Assembly: GCA_021613535.1 (NCBI GenBank)
Contig: CP075497.1
Location: 1,116,001 to 1,180,000, forward strand
Direction: 5' to 3'
From: Adineta vaga
Lineage: Eukaryota > Animalia > Rotifera
DNA length: 64,000 nucleotides
The notes under the pieces are model-generated. The model was given only the letters and a program-made list of their open reading frames with translations, was not told where the DNA came from and ran no database searches. This document shows, piece by piece, positions 11,845 to 23,500 of this stretch. The position numbers and the translations under genes were made by a program. The number at the start of each line of letters is the position of its first letter. Within the stretch, counting starts at the first letter, position 1.

Positions 11845-13197
11845 ATATACATTCATGAGAAAGTCAAGCTTGAATCGCATGTTGTTCTGTCCACTTTGTG
11901 TTTTTATATCTTATGCGATACAGTTAGAAACATATCACGTCTATTTTTTGGATATGATCATATTTTCAGAGAAAAGTTGTGCTTATCCTTTAGATCCTCT
12001 GGCCATTTTCTGAAAAAATAAGAGTGTCCAGTTGAGTCCATCGGACGCATCCAAGCTCTTTTGAAAACAGATCCAAGCAAATTTTAACACATAATTATTT
12101 TGTTTCATTTTTCTTCATCTCTCTACTCGTTTCAAAGTATTTTCAACTCTTCTATAAAAAGATGAAGCAAAACTGAAAATGAATAGGCTTTGCAAACACT
12201 GACGCATCGAATCACTTATCATGCCGCAAAGATCTATTCACTCTTCCTTAGTTTGTTAGCTATAAACTTATGTAATAAACGACTAGTCGTTCGTCGGCCA
12301 CTCTCCGGTCGGCCACTCACGGCTAGCTGTCAATATGCACGCCTACACTGTTTCGTTTATTCATTATTCGGTTTTGAAATAAACAAATGACTATTCCTTA
12401 AATTCTAAAAGCACAGCATTTATGCTATAACCATTCTCCGATAGAAACTAAAAATGGATGATATTTCTTGACGTAATGTTAGATTCACGGTAAACTCCTT
12501 CACCATAATTTTTTACATGTTGAAAATTCTGTTTACATCTTTGATATCAAATAAGATTTAACATTGCAATCGCAATCTTTCATGCAGTTTTTATCCCTAT
12601 ATTTCTCTTGATGCTTTGGTCAAAAGTCTGATGTATAACAATCGACGATGTAAAAGCCTTTAAATAGAACTGATATCAAAGTAATCTCTGCTTCCAGTCC
12701 TTTACACTATTTTTCAAGGAGTTAGTACAGCACTTATTCTCAAAACTCCAATATTATCCTCATGACATTCGCAGTCTTGAGCACAGTCAGATTGATTAGG
12801 TTCCAAGACGGCTTCAAAAAGAAATATATATACAGTTCTTCTAAAAAATGATAGGTAAATAAAAAGTGCACTCAGTTAGCAAAAGTTGATATCGGACTCG
12901 TGATCCTTGACCCCGAAAACTGTTCAGTTAACCAGTATAGAAAGACACACGTTTTCGCAAAAAAGTGATTCCTTATCCAGAAAAACAGAAGCGATTTTTT
13001 TGACAAAATTAACCTCAGATTTGGATTCCTCGACCCCGATTACCCTTCGGTCAATTCTTATAAACAGTTCTTCAAAGAGAGAAAAAACAAGATTTTATTT
13101 GATTTCAATTGATAGCATTGTTGAGTTTGCTCTATGCAAGTTCTTTATTGAGAGAAATTATTTTTAAGTATAATAACGATCGATAAAAAAAACAGAT

Positions 13198-14172
13198 TTA
13201 TTGATCATCCTCATTATCGTTTGTTTTTGGTATTAAATCCATGACAATAATAGGAACTTCAAGTTTAATATTAGTAAACATTCCACGAAGGTGAACTTCA
13301 AAATGAAGTTTATAATAGTTAGCAATCGAATCACCAAATTTAAATGTCACTGGAGTTGTTGATGGTATAGGTATTTGAAAGTTTCTATCAATATGCTTAT
13401 GTTTTAATGATTTAATATAATCTAAATCTTGTTTGATAATATTAAAAGTTTTTACTCGAGAATTGCATTCAACATATTCAGTAAGAACAATGGATACGTA
13501 ACGTATCAATGCTCCTTTTGGATTAATTAAATCAACATTGAAGGAAAGATCATTTCCAGTAATGACAACATTTTTGTCGAAAGTAACACGAAGACGAACA
13601 CCGTTTCGACTTGTTTTTTCTGTTTTGAGTTTAGTTAAACTTAAAAGTCGTCCTGGTTGTTTCACAATCATCGAGCAAGTTTTATCAATATTGAATTTGT
13701 ACCATTCAGAACGAATGAAAGAAAAACGGATATAATAATGAATTTTGACTAGAGAAATTTTTTTTTGTTCAAACGATGGTGGTAAATCTTCATTAAGTTG
13801 AAAATGAAATGGCCAACTTTGTTTACCACGTCGTACAGAAAACGAACCTTTTGTATTACGTGGATGCACGAGAACTTTTTGATTGAATATGATTTCTTTC
13901 ACTTCAGTTTCTATATCACCGGCGTCGGTTTCTTCTACTACTTGAGCAACAACTTCACCAATTAGTTCACCATCGATACGTTCTAACTTTAAATCTGTAT
14001 TATCTTTGTTAATAAAATCAACAAAACCAGTAATGGTTTCACCAATCCAAAATATATTATCATCTTGTTCATCAAATCGACATTCAATATTCGATTGCGA
14101 TGCAACGAGATTTTTGTTTAATAATATGAAAATCAAAAGAAAATATCGACAGTAGCGAGAATGATTTTTCAT
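13198..14172 (-). CDS. Arrestin-domain protein (arrestin N and C folds), intronless, with a hydrophobic N-terminal leader
   Basis: Arrestin-N hallmarks FWIGETITGFV, GKQSWPFHFQLNEDLPPSFE and IHYYIRF. Arrestin-C hallmarks FQIPIPSTTP and YYKLHFEV...IKLEVPIIV. Confidence 0.8.
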   Translation of the reverse strand: MKNHSRYCRYFLLIFILLNKNLVASQSNIECRFDEQDDNIFWIGETITGFVDFINKDNTDLKLERIDGELIGEVVAQVVEETDAGDIETEVKEIIFNQKVLVHPRNTKGSFSVRRGKQSWPFHFQLNEDLPPSFEQKKISLVKIHYYIRFSFIRSEWYKFNIDKTCSMIVKQPGRLLSLTKLKTEKTSRNGVRLRVTFDKNVVITGNDLSFNVDLINPKGALIRYVSIVLTEYVECNSRVKTFNIIKQDLDYIKSLKHKHIDRNFQIPIPSTTPVTFKFGDSIANYYKLHFEVHLRGMFTNIKLEVPIIVMDLIPKTNDNEDDQ

Positions 14173-14970
14173 TGAAGCTTTGTGTTGTATGAGAAATATG
14201 TTTTTCTTACAAGTAAATCAAATTGAAGAAAAGGGTAAATATATAAAATCCTTATCAATCGGCATTTTTCTTCTTTTTCATATCCAATAAAATCTAATTT
14301 CGTTACCTTTGGTACAAGTCAAAATACAACGAATGACATTTCGTCGAAAGGTAATTATATTGTTCTTATTTTCTTACGGTGAAGACAAAAGTTCACATAT
14401 GTTGTTGGTTAGTTTCTTTCAATAAACTATCTAGCATTGATATCATACGATTTTTTCCTGTATCCTGTATGGACAAAACAGCTTTTGACCGACAACATTA
14501 CTAACAATACAACAACAAAGAAAAGTACACAAATGAATTAACATACATAAAATATCCAGTAAAGATAGCAGTGACTTTTTTAGAGACGGCAAAACAAACT
14601 TATATGCAACTACAGTCCGTTAAGTTTCAAATGGCAAAGATAAACATGCTTAACCATCAGAATTGATTAAATATTATACTCAGTGTATTTTGAATTTCAA
14701 ATTTTATTCTAATTATAATAGTATAGACTTGTAACACATCTGTAATGCTTATAGTTTTAGTGGTGTGAGGATTTTAAGATAGGATATGGGTAGTTTCTCA
14801 TCACTCACACCCAGAGAATGGTGTCGAATAACAGAAGTGAAATTATAATATGTATGTCAAAAAATCTTAAGCAAATATAAGATAAGAATATATAAAGGCA
14901 ACTTTTTTTGTGTCTATTCATCATTCTATGACGATTTTTTTCTCTGATTAATCGACAAAATTATTAAACC

Positions 14971-15933
14971 ATGAAAATATACTTCTATTCTATATTATGT
15001 ATTGTATGGTGTTACGCGGTTGAAACTGCTCAACCATATTTCCCATCTCAAATTGTGTTTTCTATTGATGATGGTCTAACACTTTATGCAATTGATGAAA
15101 TTAATCAACGAGCTTTCGGAAACTTCACTTTTGGTGTTAGAGGTCGAGACATTGTTTATGCTATGGAACATCTTCCATTCGCCATTCCGGGTACATTACA
15201 ATCAAAATATTATGTTCAATTAGTGACAGGTGCTGAAGCCTATGATTGTATGTATGCAACATATTGGAAATATGGTGCACTTAATTTTAATAGATTTCCA
15301 GAACATTGGTTGGTAAATAGTTCATTTAAAGTGAACAATTATATGAAATTTAGTTACCCAATGATTCATTCAAATGATTCATCGATAGATGAAGATTATT
15401 GGTATGCAAATACAACATGTCATGGTTATCCATGTCAAGAGATTTATTTTCAAAAAAATACGGATATCCCTCGTCGACTTATTAGAGTTATTCGTCGTAC
15501 AGAAGATTTTGTTCGAATAACAACAAATTTTAAAGTTATATCAATGGGAAAGCCAGATGATAAATATTTTAATTCAATACCGAAAAATTGGTATAGCTCT
15601 TGCCGTGACTATAACTTGGGACCTGTAATCTGCCCACGATTTGTAAGAATAAATATAACACAAAGCACACAACTTCGCCTTTATCTTGCAGCTCCGCCAC
15701 ATCGCGTAAATGGAAGTGATACTGTTCGTATTCGATGGAAAGCAACTGAATGCATTGATTGTGTGACATGGACGCCCTTCGAATTGATTTTCAATACCAA
15801 TAATTATGCAGAAGAACAAATATTAACAATAACTCGTGTTAAAAATGCACTACAGACATTCCTTAGTCCATTTTTTTATGGTGGTGATTATGATTATGTT
15901 CAGCCAGACACTTATAATATTGGAATTGCATAA
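14971..15933 (+). CDS. Secreted protein of unknown function (possible ependymin-like N-domain plus C-terminal Ig/Calx-beta-like strand)
   Basis: 320-aa ORF with signal peptide MKIYFYSILCIVWCYA. PYFPSQIVF..YAIDEINQR is ependymin-like and TPFELIFNTNNYAEEQILTIT resembles bacterial Ig-like repeats. Both domain calls are tentative. Confidence 0.65.
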   Translation: MKIYFYSILCIVWCYAVETAQPYFPSQIVFSIDDGLTLYAIDEINQRAFGNFTFGVRGRDIVYAMEHLPFAIPGTLQSKYYVQLVTGAEAYDCMYATYWKYGALNFNRFPEHWLVNSSFKVNNYMKFSYPMIHSNDSSIDEDYWYANTTCHGYPCQEIYFQKNTDIPRRLIRVIRRTEDFVRITTNFKVISMGKPDDKYFNSIPKNWYSSCRDYNLGPVICPRFVRINITQSTQLRLYLAAPPHRVNGSDTVRIRWKATECIDCVTWTPFELIFNTNNYAEEQILTITRVKNALQTFLSPFFYGGDYDYVQPDTYNIGIA

Positions 15934-15943
15934 ATTTTTTTAG

Positions 15944-15997
15944 TTGAAGGGTGTGGATGAGGATGATACTCTTCTCTTCATCCACACCCTCGAGATG
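15944..15997. repeat. Telomere-like hairpin element copy
   Basis: Perfect 13-bp stem AGGGTGTGGATGA (15948-15960) / TCATCCACACCCT (15978-15990), ending CGAGATG. Confidence 0.85.
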
Positions 15998-16294
15998 GCG
16001 ACACCTGGTGAACACGTTGACTTTTTCGTGCATCAAAGAGGTTTTCCCTATAGATCCCCATTGGCGATTTAATCGAGATCGATATTATTTTAAAATAAAT
16101 GTAATCTTGATGAATTGAATTGATTTTTCAAAGTTTCGTTTTTAACTAATAAAAATATAATTCGTTTCTTTCCAATGAATATGCATTGGCACATAAATGT
16201 ACTTTTATTTTGTGTTACTCACACTATACACTTGCACTTTGTAATGACACGCTCCGATGTACTTTTTCCATATTTTCCTACAGATAAAACATCG

Positions 16295-17461
16295 ATGAAT
16301 CAAGCAGTGTGTACAATGGCTGAAAAATTGAATATTATTATCGTAGGTGCATCGTATCTTGGCAGCAAGGTTGCACGAGCTCTCGCAAAATCAATGCCTC
16401 AAGATTTAGCTGCAAATCATCGTATTTTATTAATCGAGCGAAATTCCCACTTTTCACATCTATTTACGTTTCCAAGGTTTGTTGTTGTACCGAATCACGA
16501 ACAGAAAGCATTTATTCCTATGAACAAAATATTTAGTGAAGCACAGTGCAATGCACAAATTATTTATGCTTCGGTAGAAACTATCAATCAAAATGAAGTA
16601 GTTCTCGATAGAGACACATCATTTGGACGTAGATTACCGTGGCATATATTAGTTATGGCAACTGGTTCGAGATTACCACCACCTGCAAATATGCCAACAA
16701 CAACAAAACTTGATTCAGTGCAATATTTAAAAGATTTACAAGAAAGAATACGAACTGCGAAAAGTATCGCATTGATCGGTGGTGGTGCTGTTGGTGTACA
16801 AATTTCAACGGATATAAAAAGTTATTATCCTGATAAAGAAGTACATTTAATACATTCGAGAGATCGATTAATGTCGAGATTTCATTCAAGTCTTGGTGAT
16901 GTTGTTCTTCAATCGTGTAAAGATCTTGGGATTAACGTTCATTTAGGATCGAGAGCAAAACTTCCCGATACAAATGGACCTTGTGTAATAGAACTTCAAT
17001 CTGGACAGACAATATCTGTAGATTTCTATTTAAAATGTACAGGGCAGATTATTAATTCCGAACCTATTCGTGAATTAGTAAAAGAAAGTATTAATTCGGA
17101 TGGAACTATTCATGTCTTACCTACTTTACAAATTGAAAAACATCCTCGAATTCTTGCAGTTGGTGATGTAAATGATCTATTACAAATTAAATCAGTCCGA
17201 CCTGCTATAGGTCAAGTAGAAGTTGCTCAGAAAAATATTATTTCTCTTTTGCGAGGTGAAACTCCGGAAGCTAAATTTGAAAATAACGCAGCTGGAATTC
17301 ATCTTACACTTGGACTCAAACGTGATGTCTATTGCAAACAGACTCAAGATGGTTCGTCTCCGGCTAATATTGAAGTAGAAAATGACGAAGGACTTGAAGA
17401 TATGGGAGTCGAATTTATGTGGGATGAACTCGGTGCGGATAAAAATGATTTTTGGGCTTAA
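16295..17461 (+). CDS. AMID/AIFM2 (FSP1)-like FAD/NAD(P)H oxidoreductase, fungal-type
   Basis: FAD motif NIIIVGASYLG, ILLIERNSHFSHLFTFPRF..HEQKAFIP, LVMATGS, NAD motif IALIGGGAVGVQ and ILAVGDV. The start is probably ATG 16295 or 16316, after a CTACAG acceptor. Confidence 0.85.
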   Translation: MNQAVCTMAEKLNIIIVGASYLGSKVARALAKSMPQDLAANHRILLIERNSHFSHLFTFPRFVVVPNHEQKAFIPMNKIFSEAQCNAQIIYASVETINQNEVVLDRDTSFGRRLPWHILVMATGSRLPPPANMPTTTKLDSVQYLKDLQERIRTAKSIALIGGGAVGVQISTDIKSYYPDKEVHLIHSRDRLMSRFHSSLGDVVLQSCKDLGINVHLGSRAKLPDTNGPCVIELQSGQTISVDFYLKCTGQIINSEPIRELVKESINSDGTIHVLPTLQIEKHPRILAVGDVNDLLQIKSVRPAIGQVEVAQKNIISLLRGETPEAKFENNAAGIHLTLGLKRDVYCKQTQDGSSPANIEVENDEGLEDMGVEFMWDELGADKNDFWA

Positions 17462-17518
17462 AGATTTTGAAAATTTTAATCACGATCTTCTAAAGATGAA
17501 CCCATAGATTCATATATT

Positions 17519-20500
17519 TTATTGAAAAGAAATAAGATCATTTAGATGTTTGTCCATGTCATAAACATTAATTTCATCAATGGTTAATTTATTTGTTGTA
17601 TTCTGTTGATTTCTTTGTGAACTCCAACCAATTCTTTCATTCAGATTCTCTCGCGCACGCGTACTTGCCTCTTGAACTCGTGTTGCTCTCGTTTTCCGTA
17701 ACATTTCATACATTTTTAAGCCGTACTCAACCGTATGTATTCTATTTCGCCAATATTTAGGTGAGAATATGATACCCAATGCAGCTGCATCTTCAATCGC
17801 CATACATGCTCCTTGACTTTGATCAGGTAGCATGGGATGTGCAGCATCTCCAAGTAATGCTACACAGTCATTTACCCAATATGGATATGGTTGATGAATA
17901 ACCAATTTCCATAACTTAATATCTTCACAATGTTGGAAAATTGTCAATAAATCTGGATCAAGATCAGGAAAACGTTCGATTAGCATTGATGGTGTTGCAC
18001 TGAAATTCCAACCTTCTTCACTTTGATCATTATGAGAAGCTGGATAAAAACAATAGAATGATACAATCTCACCCGCACAACAAGGAGCTAAAACAATCTT
18101 ATTAATTCCGAAACCACCCCAAAATTCAATTGCATTATTCGGTGCAAAATCTTTCAAACCAAATTCCTTTACACGTGATGTCGAAACAATACAACGGTAA
18201 CATGCACTTGTTGACGGTATTGTTTTAGCTACAATTCCAATCAAACTACGTACTGTAGAACGAACACCATCAGCACCAATAATCAAATCGACAGATATTG
18301 TTTTACCTGTATCGAATCTTACAGTACGATTACGACAATCAATATCAATTGCTTTATGATCTACAACAATCATTACTCCTAAAGCTTTTGCTCTTATTTG
18401 TAATTGTTCATGAAGATCAATTCGATGAAACATATTGTAAACATAACCCCATTTTTCTTTATAATCACTCAAATCATAAACATCGTTGATTGTACCGTCT
18501 TTCCAATTGTGCATAATTAATTTTTGTAGAATAACAGATCTATAGAAGGAAAAATTTAACTGATGAATTTGTTATACAACAAAAACTACCAACCTTCCAG
18601 CAATCGTGTCGACACCCCACTCCTCGAGAAATTTCGTTCCATTTGCAGCAACAGAAATTGATGCACCGACTTCACTTGCAAAATGAGTTCGTTCATAGAC
18701 AGTAACTTCATGGCCATGTCTGCGTAGAGCGATAGCAGCTGATAAACCACCAATACCACAACCGATGATAGCCACTTTCAAAGTTGTAAACAGAGTTGAT
18801 TTGATCGCTCGTGCCAATTGTCGAATCGATGGATTAGCAAATAAGTGAATCGCATTGATCATAGGACAAATATCTTTTTGAATGAGAGAAAGCATTCGTA
18901 AAACAGTTAATGATGTTCCACCCATCTCGCTGAATGATTGATTTACATCCGCAGATTCACAACCAAGTACTTGACTGAAGATGTCACGTAGACGTTCTTC
19001 TAATTGTAAATCATTATATGAGAAGTTATTGGACGCTACATTTTGAATTTCTTCAAATTCATCTGGTAGAATAAGAGACAATTTGTCAATCTGATCAACT
19101 GTTGACTTTGTTGAAAATATCTGAGAAAATATCACTTGAAGTTTTCGAGCCATTTTCTCAATCGTATTTTCATCAAAAACATCACGTGAACCATAAACAT
19201 TACATAACAATTTTCCATTTTCACTTGTTGGATCGTAAACGAACATTGTATTTAAATCAAATAAAGTTGCTTCATGTAATCGTTCAACTGATACTTGTTG
19301 CAAATTTGTTCCATCCAAAGAGAATTTATGAATATCAGAAGATACAGTAAGAAGTTCAAATAAAATATCAAGAAATGAAACATTTGAATAATTAACTCGA
19401 AAATCTGCAAGAATATTTTGTAATGGATAAGAAGTATGTTGAAAAATTGCTAAACAATTCTCTTGAACTTGTTTAACAAGATTCTCCAATGACCATTGAC
19501 AATTAAGTTGAAGTCGAAATGGTAATGTGGCAACAAACATTCCAATAAGATTCTGTAATTCATTTCTATATCGATTAGAATGTAAACAACTAAAGCATAA
19601 ATCATTTTCTCCATCAGTTAATTTAAATAAATATAAATAAAATACACTCATTGCTAATTGAAATGGTGTTACATGATATAAAGTTACAAATTTAAGAAAT
19701 TCTATGCAAATCTCATCATTGAAATAAATCTGAGTAACAAAATGATAACCCGATCGATAATCTGTGGATAAACAATGTCGATCAACAGGTAATGATAATG
19801 AACGAATGAAATTATAATCTTTTAATTGAGAATACCAAAATTCATGTGATTCTTTCATATCAATTAAACGTTCGTGTATAGCACTATCGATACATTGAAG
19901 AAGATTTTTATCAATAGATAATGAACTATCAGTTGTATAAGCAAATGAAAGATCATTGAGAAAAATTGAAACTGATGTTCCATCGAATACTAAATGATGG
20001 ATTGTGAATATAATTAAATCATTCATTTTTAATATATTTTCATGATGACGACGAATTATATGACAATACAAAACACGTCCTTTAGATAAATCAAACAAAT
20101 CACAACGATTTACAATTTTTCTAATAATTTCATCAATTTCAACATCGTTGTTGACATTAATTACTGAAAAACCATATAGTTCTTCATTATTACTATTAAA
20201 ACAATGTTGAATGATCATTCCATTGATATCGAGATAAAATCCTGTACGTAAAATTTGATGTTTTGTAATAACAGTGTGTAATGCTCGATGTAATCGATCA
20301 ATCGATAAAGGATTATTGATCGATAAAATTTGATAAACCAATGGAATGACGTACATAAAATTGTTTTGTTTAGATGGAAAACGAATTTGTTCATCGAGAA
20401 AGATTCGTTCTTGTGCAAATGTTACTCTACCTACAAATATAAACAATCGCAAGAAGATTTTCAATAAATTTAAATTTTACCTTGAGTAAGATGCAATGGA

Positions 20501-23500
20501 AACCAAGATTCTTCAAGATTATTTTTTGTTGAAATCACTTGAGAAATCAAACGAGAATGATCGAGAATGGTTGAATATGTAAAGAGATTTGTAATTGAAA
20601 GTGAATTGATCTTTAATTTAAATGTAATTTGATATCGATAGAAGAGTTTCATTACAAGAAGAGAATGTCCACCGATAGTGAAGAGATTTGAATCGATTGA
20701 AATTTCATCACGATGGAAAATATCACACCAGAGTTGATGAACAAGAATTTCAATTTGATTATTTGGTCTTTTCAATTCGAAATTATTCGCAATGGAAAAA
20801 TTACGATGAGAAAGACTTTTTCGATCGATTTTTCCATTTTCATTTCTCGGGAATTGTTTAAGAATAATAAACATCGATGGTATCATATGAATCGGCAAAT
20901 AAGATCGACAATGTTCATATAAATCTTGTTCTGTTATATCACAACTTTCGATATATGCAATTAAATGATCATTATTCGATTTCATTACAACACATGACGA
21001 GATTGATGTTTTCAGTAAACATTGTTGAATTTCATCAAGTTCAATTCGTTGTCCATGAAATTTAATTTGATAATCTTTTCGATATTGATAATGAAGAAAA
21101 CCATTTTGATCTAAATGAACAATATCACCTGTTTTATAAAATATTTCATCATCAATTGCAATTAGAACATCTTTTGTTAAATCATCACGTTGAAAATATC
21201 CATCAAATACACCAACACCAGTTACAACTAATTCCCCACTTTGATTAACAATACATGATTGAAGAAATTCATCCAAAATCAAACATCGATAATTTGGAAT
21301 TGGTAAACCAATTGGAATAGTTTCTTTATCTTTGAGAATATTTACAAGATGAAATGTACAATCAATTGTTGTTTCACTTGGTCCATATGTATTCCATACA
21401 CGAGCATTTTTAAATAAAGAATTAGATAAATTTTTAACAAGATCAATTCGACTAACATCACCTACAATAGTTTAAGCTTAAAGATTTTAATAAATATAAG
21501 AAATTTCTTACCACCAATATCGAGAGTTCGTAAAGTAGATATTTTAGATTTTAATACGAATTCATTGAGATTATTGAGATATGATGGAACACTTTGTAAA
21601 TAAGAAATTTGTTTTTCATTTAGAATTCGAAGAAGATAATCAATATTAAGATTTCCTTGAGGATGAAGCATAATTAAACTCGCACCAATCATTAATGTCC
21701 CAAGAATTTCTTGAAGATGAACATCATATGAACATTGAGCCATTTGAAGAATTGTATCTTGATTATTTATTAAATCAATAGAACAAAGTGATTGAATACA
21801 TTCAATAACATTTTCATGTCGAATTTGAATCGATTTTGGAATTCCTGTTGAACCACTTGTAAATATAATATATGCAATATTTTCATTTGTTATTCTTATA
21901 TTTGATAAACAATCAATATTAAGATCATCACAACATAATATCGAATCGATATCTATCAAAAGAAAATCATTATCAACAAACTTCGACATTGTTAACCAAT
22001 GAGTTAAAATAACACGACTTTTCATTTGTTGAATAAGTGTATTTAAACGATATTGAGGATCATTGGGTGATAATGGACAATAAATACATCCAATCATTTC
22101 AATCGCAACAATACCGATTATCTAAATACAAAAATATTTGCTCATCGTTCTATATTCTATACTATATAAACTTACCATTGATAAACTTCGTTCAACACAT
22201 TGGCAAATAATATCACCTGGAATGATATGATAGATATTTAAGAGATTTAATGATACTATTTGAGTATAATGTAAAAGTTCAGCATAAGTAAAAGATTGAT
22301 CATCAAGTTCGACGGAGATTTTTTGAGAATATTTTCTAATTTGATCAATTAGTTTATGATGAAATGGAGTGAATGAAGAAAATGATCTTTGTGTATTATT
22401 CATAGTTTTCATAAGTAATTTTTCATCAGATAATAATAAAGAATATTGATTTAGTTCGTTATCAGGAAAAAGAAATATTTGTTTTAATAACGAATGAAAT
22501 CGTTGAGAAATTGTAGAAATTTTTGATTGATCATATAAATCTAATGAAGCATTGATTGTCACGGAAATTGTTTCATTTCGACGATGTTCAAAAAGTGAAC
22601 AAACCATATCGAATTTTGCAATATTTCCCGTAAAAAATCGTCGATCGATAAAGTTCAATGAATTTTCTTGATTAATTTCGATATTTTGTTCATTATCATC
22701 AATTTTTGTTTCGATAAGAAAAAGTGTTTGAAGAAATGAAGATCGTAAATTAGAATTTAATTTCACCATTTCTTGATAAGGAAAATTTGAATATGGGAAG
22801 ATTTCTAACCAAGTTTGTTGAATTCGATGAGAAAATTCAAGAAATGTTTCAAAAGGATTAATTTTGATAAAAAATGGAATTGTATTTACGAAGAAACCAA
22901 GAAGATTTTCAAGTTCATATTGAGATCGATTTGCAGCGACAATACCCGTGCAAAATTCTAATTGATCATTATTTGAGAATTTGAAAAGAAAAACGAAAAA
23001 AGCAGCAAGACCAACTTGAAAAAGTGTCAAATTCAATTGAGATATAATTTGATTTAAAGATTTAACAATTGTTTGATCTAAATCAAATGTAATTGTATAA
23101 CCTTTACCTGTTCTTATAGGATAAGTTTGTTGTTGATTAATTGAAGGATGAATTGATGTTAAAATATTTTCCCAATATTGTCGAACATTTGACCAATCGT
23201 CTAATCTTTCATATTGAGAATAATCAAGATAAGTTAAACATTCTTGTTCATCATAAGATAACTTATCTGTACGAAGAACTTGACGAAGATCATTGATAAA
23301 TATTTGAATTGAATTTCCATCAATTGCAATATGATGAAAATTGAAAATAATTAAATCATTATGTTTTAAAACATTTTCAGATGATTGAAGAAGTAAATGA
23401 CAACGAAATACTTTGCCTTGTTCAAGATTAAATAATAATCGATTAGTTTCTTCATCATAAAAAATCTTTTCTATTTCAATTTCATTTGTTACACGTGTCA

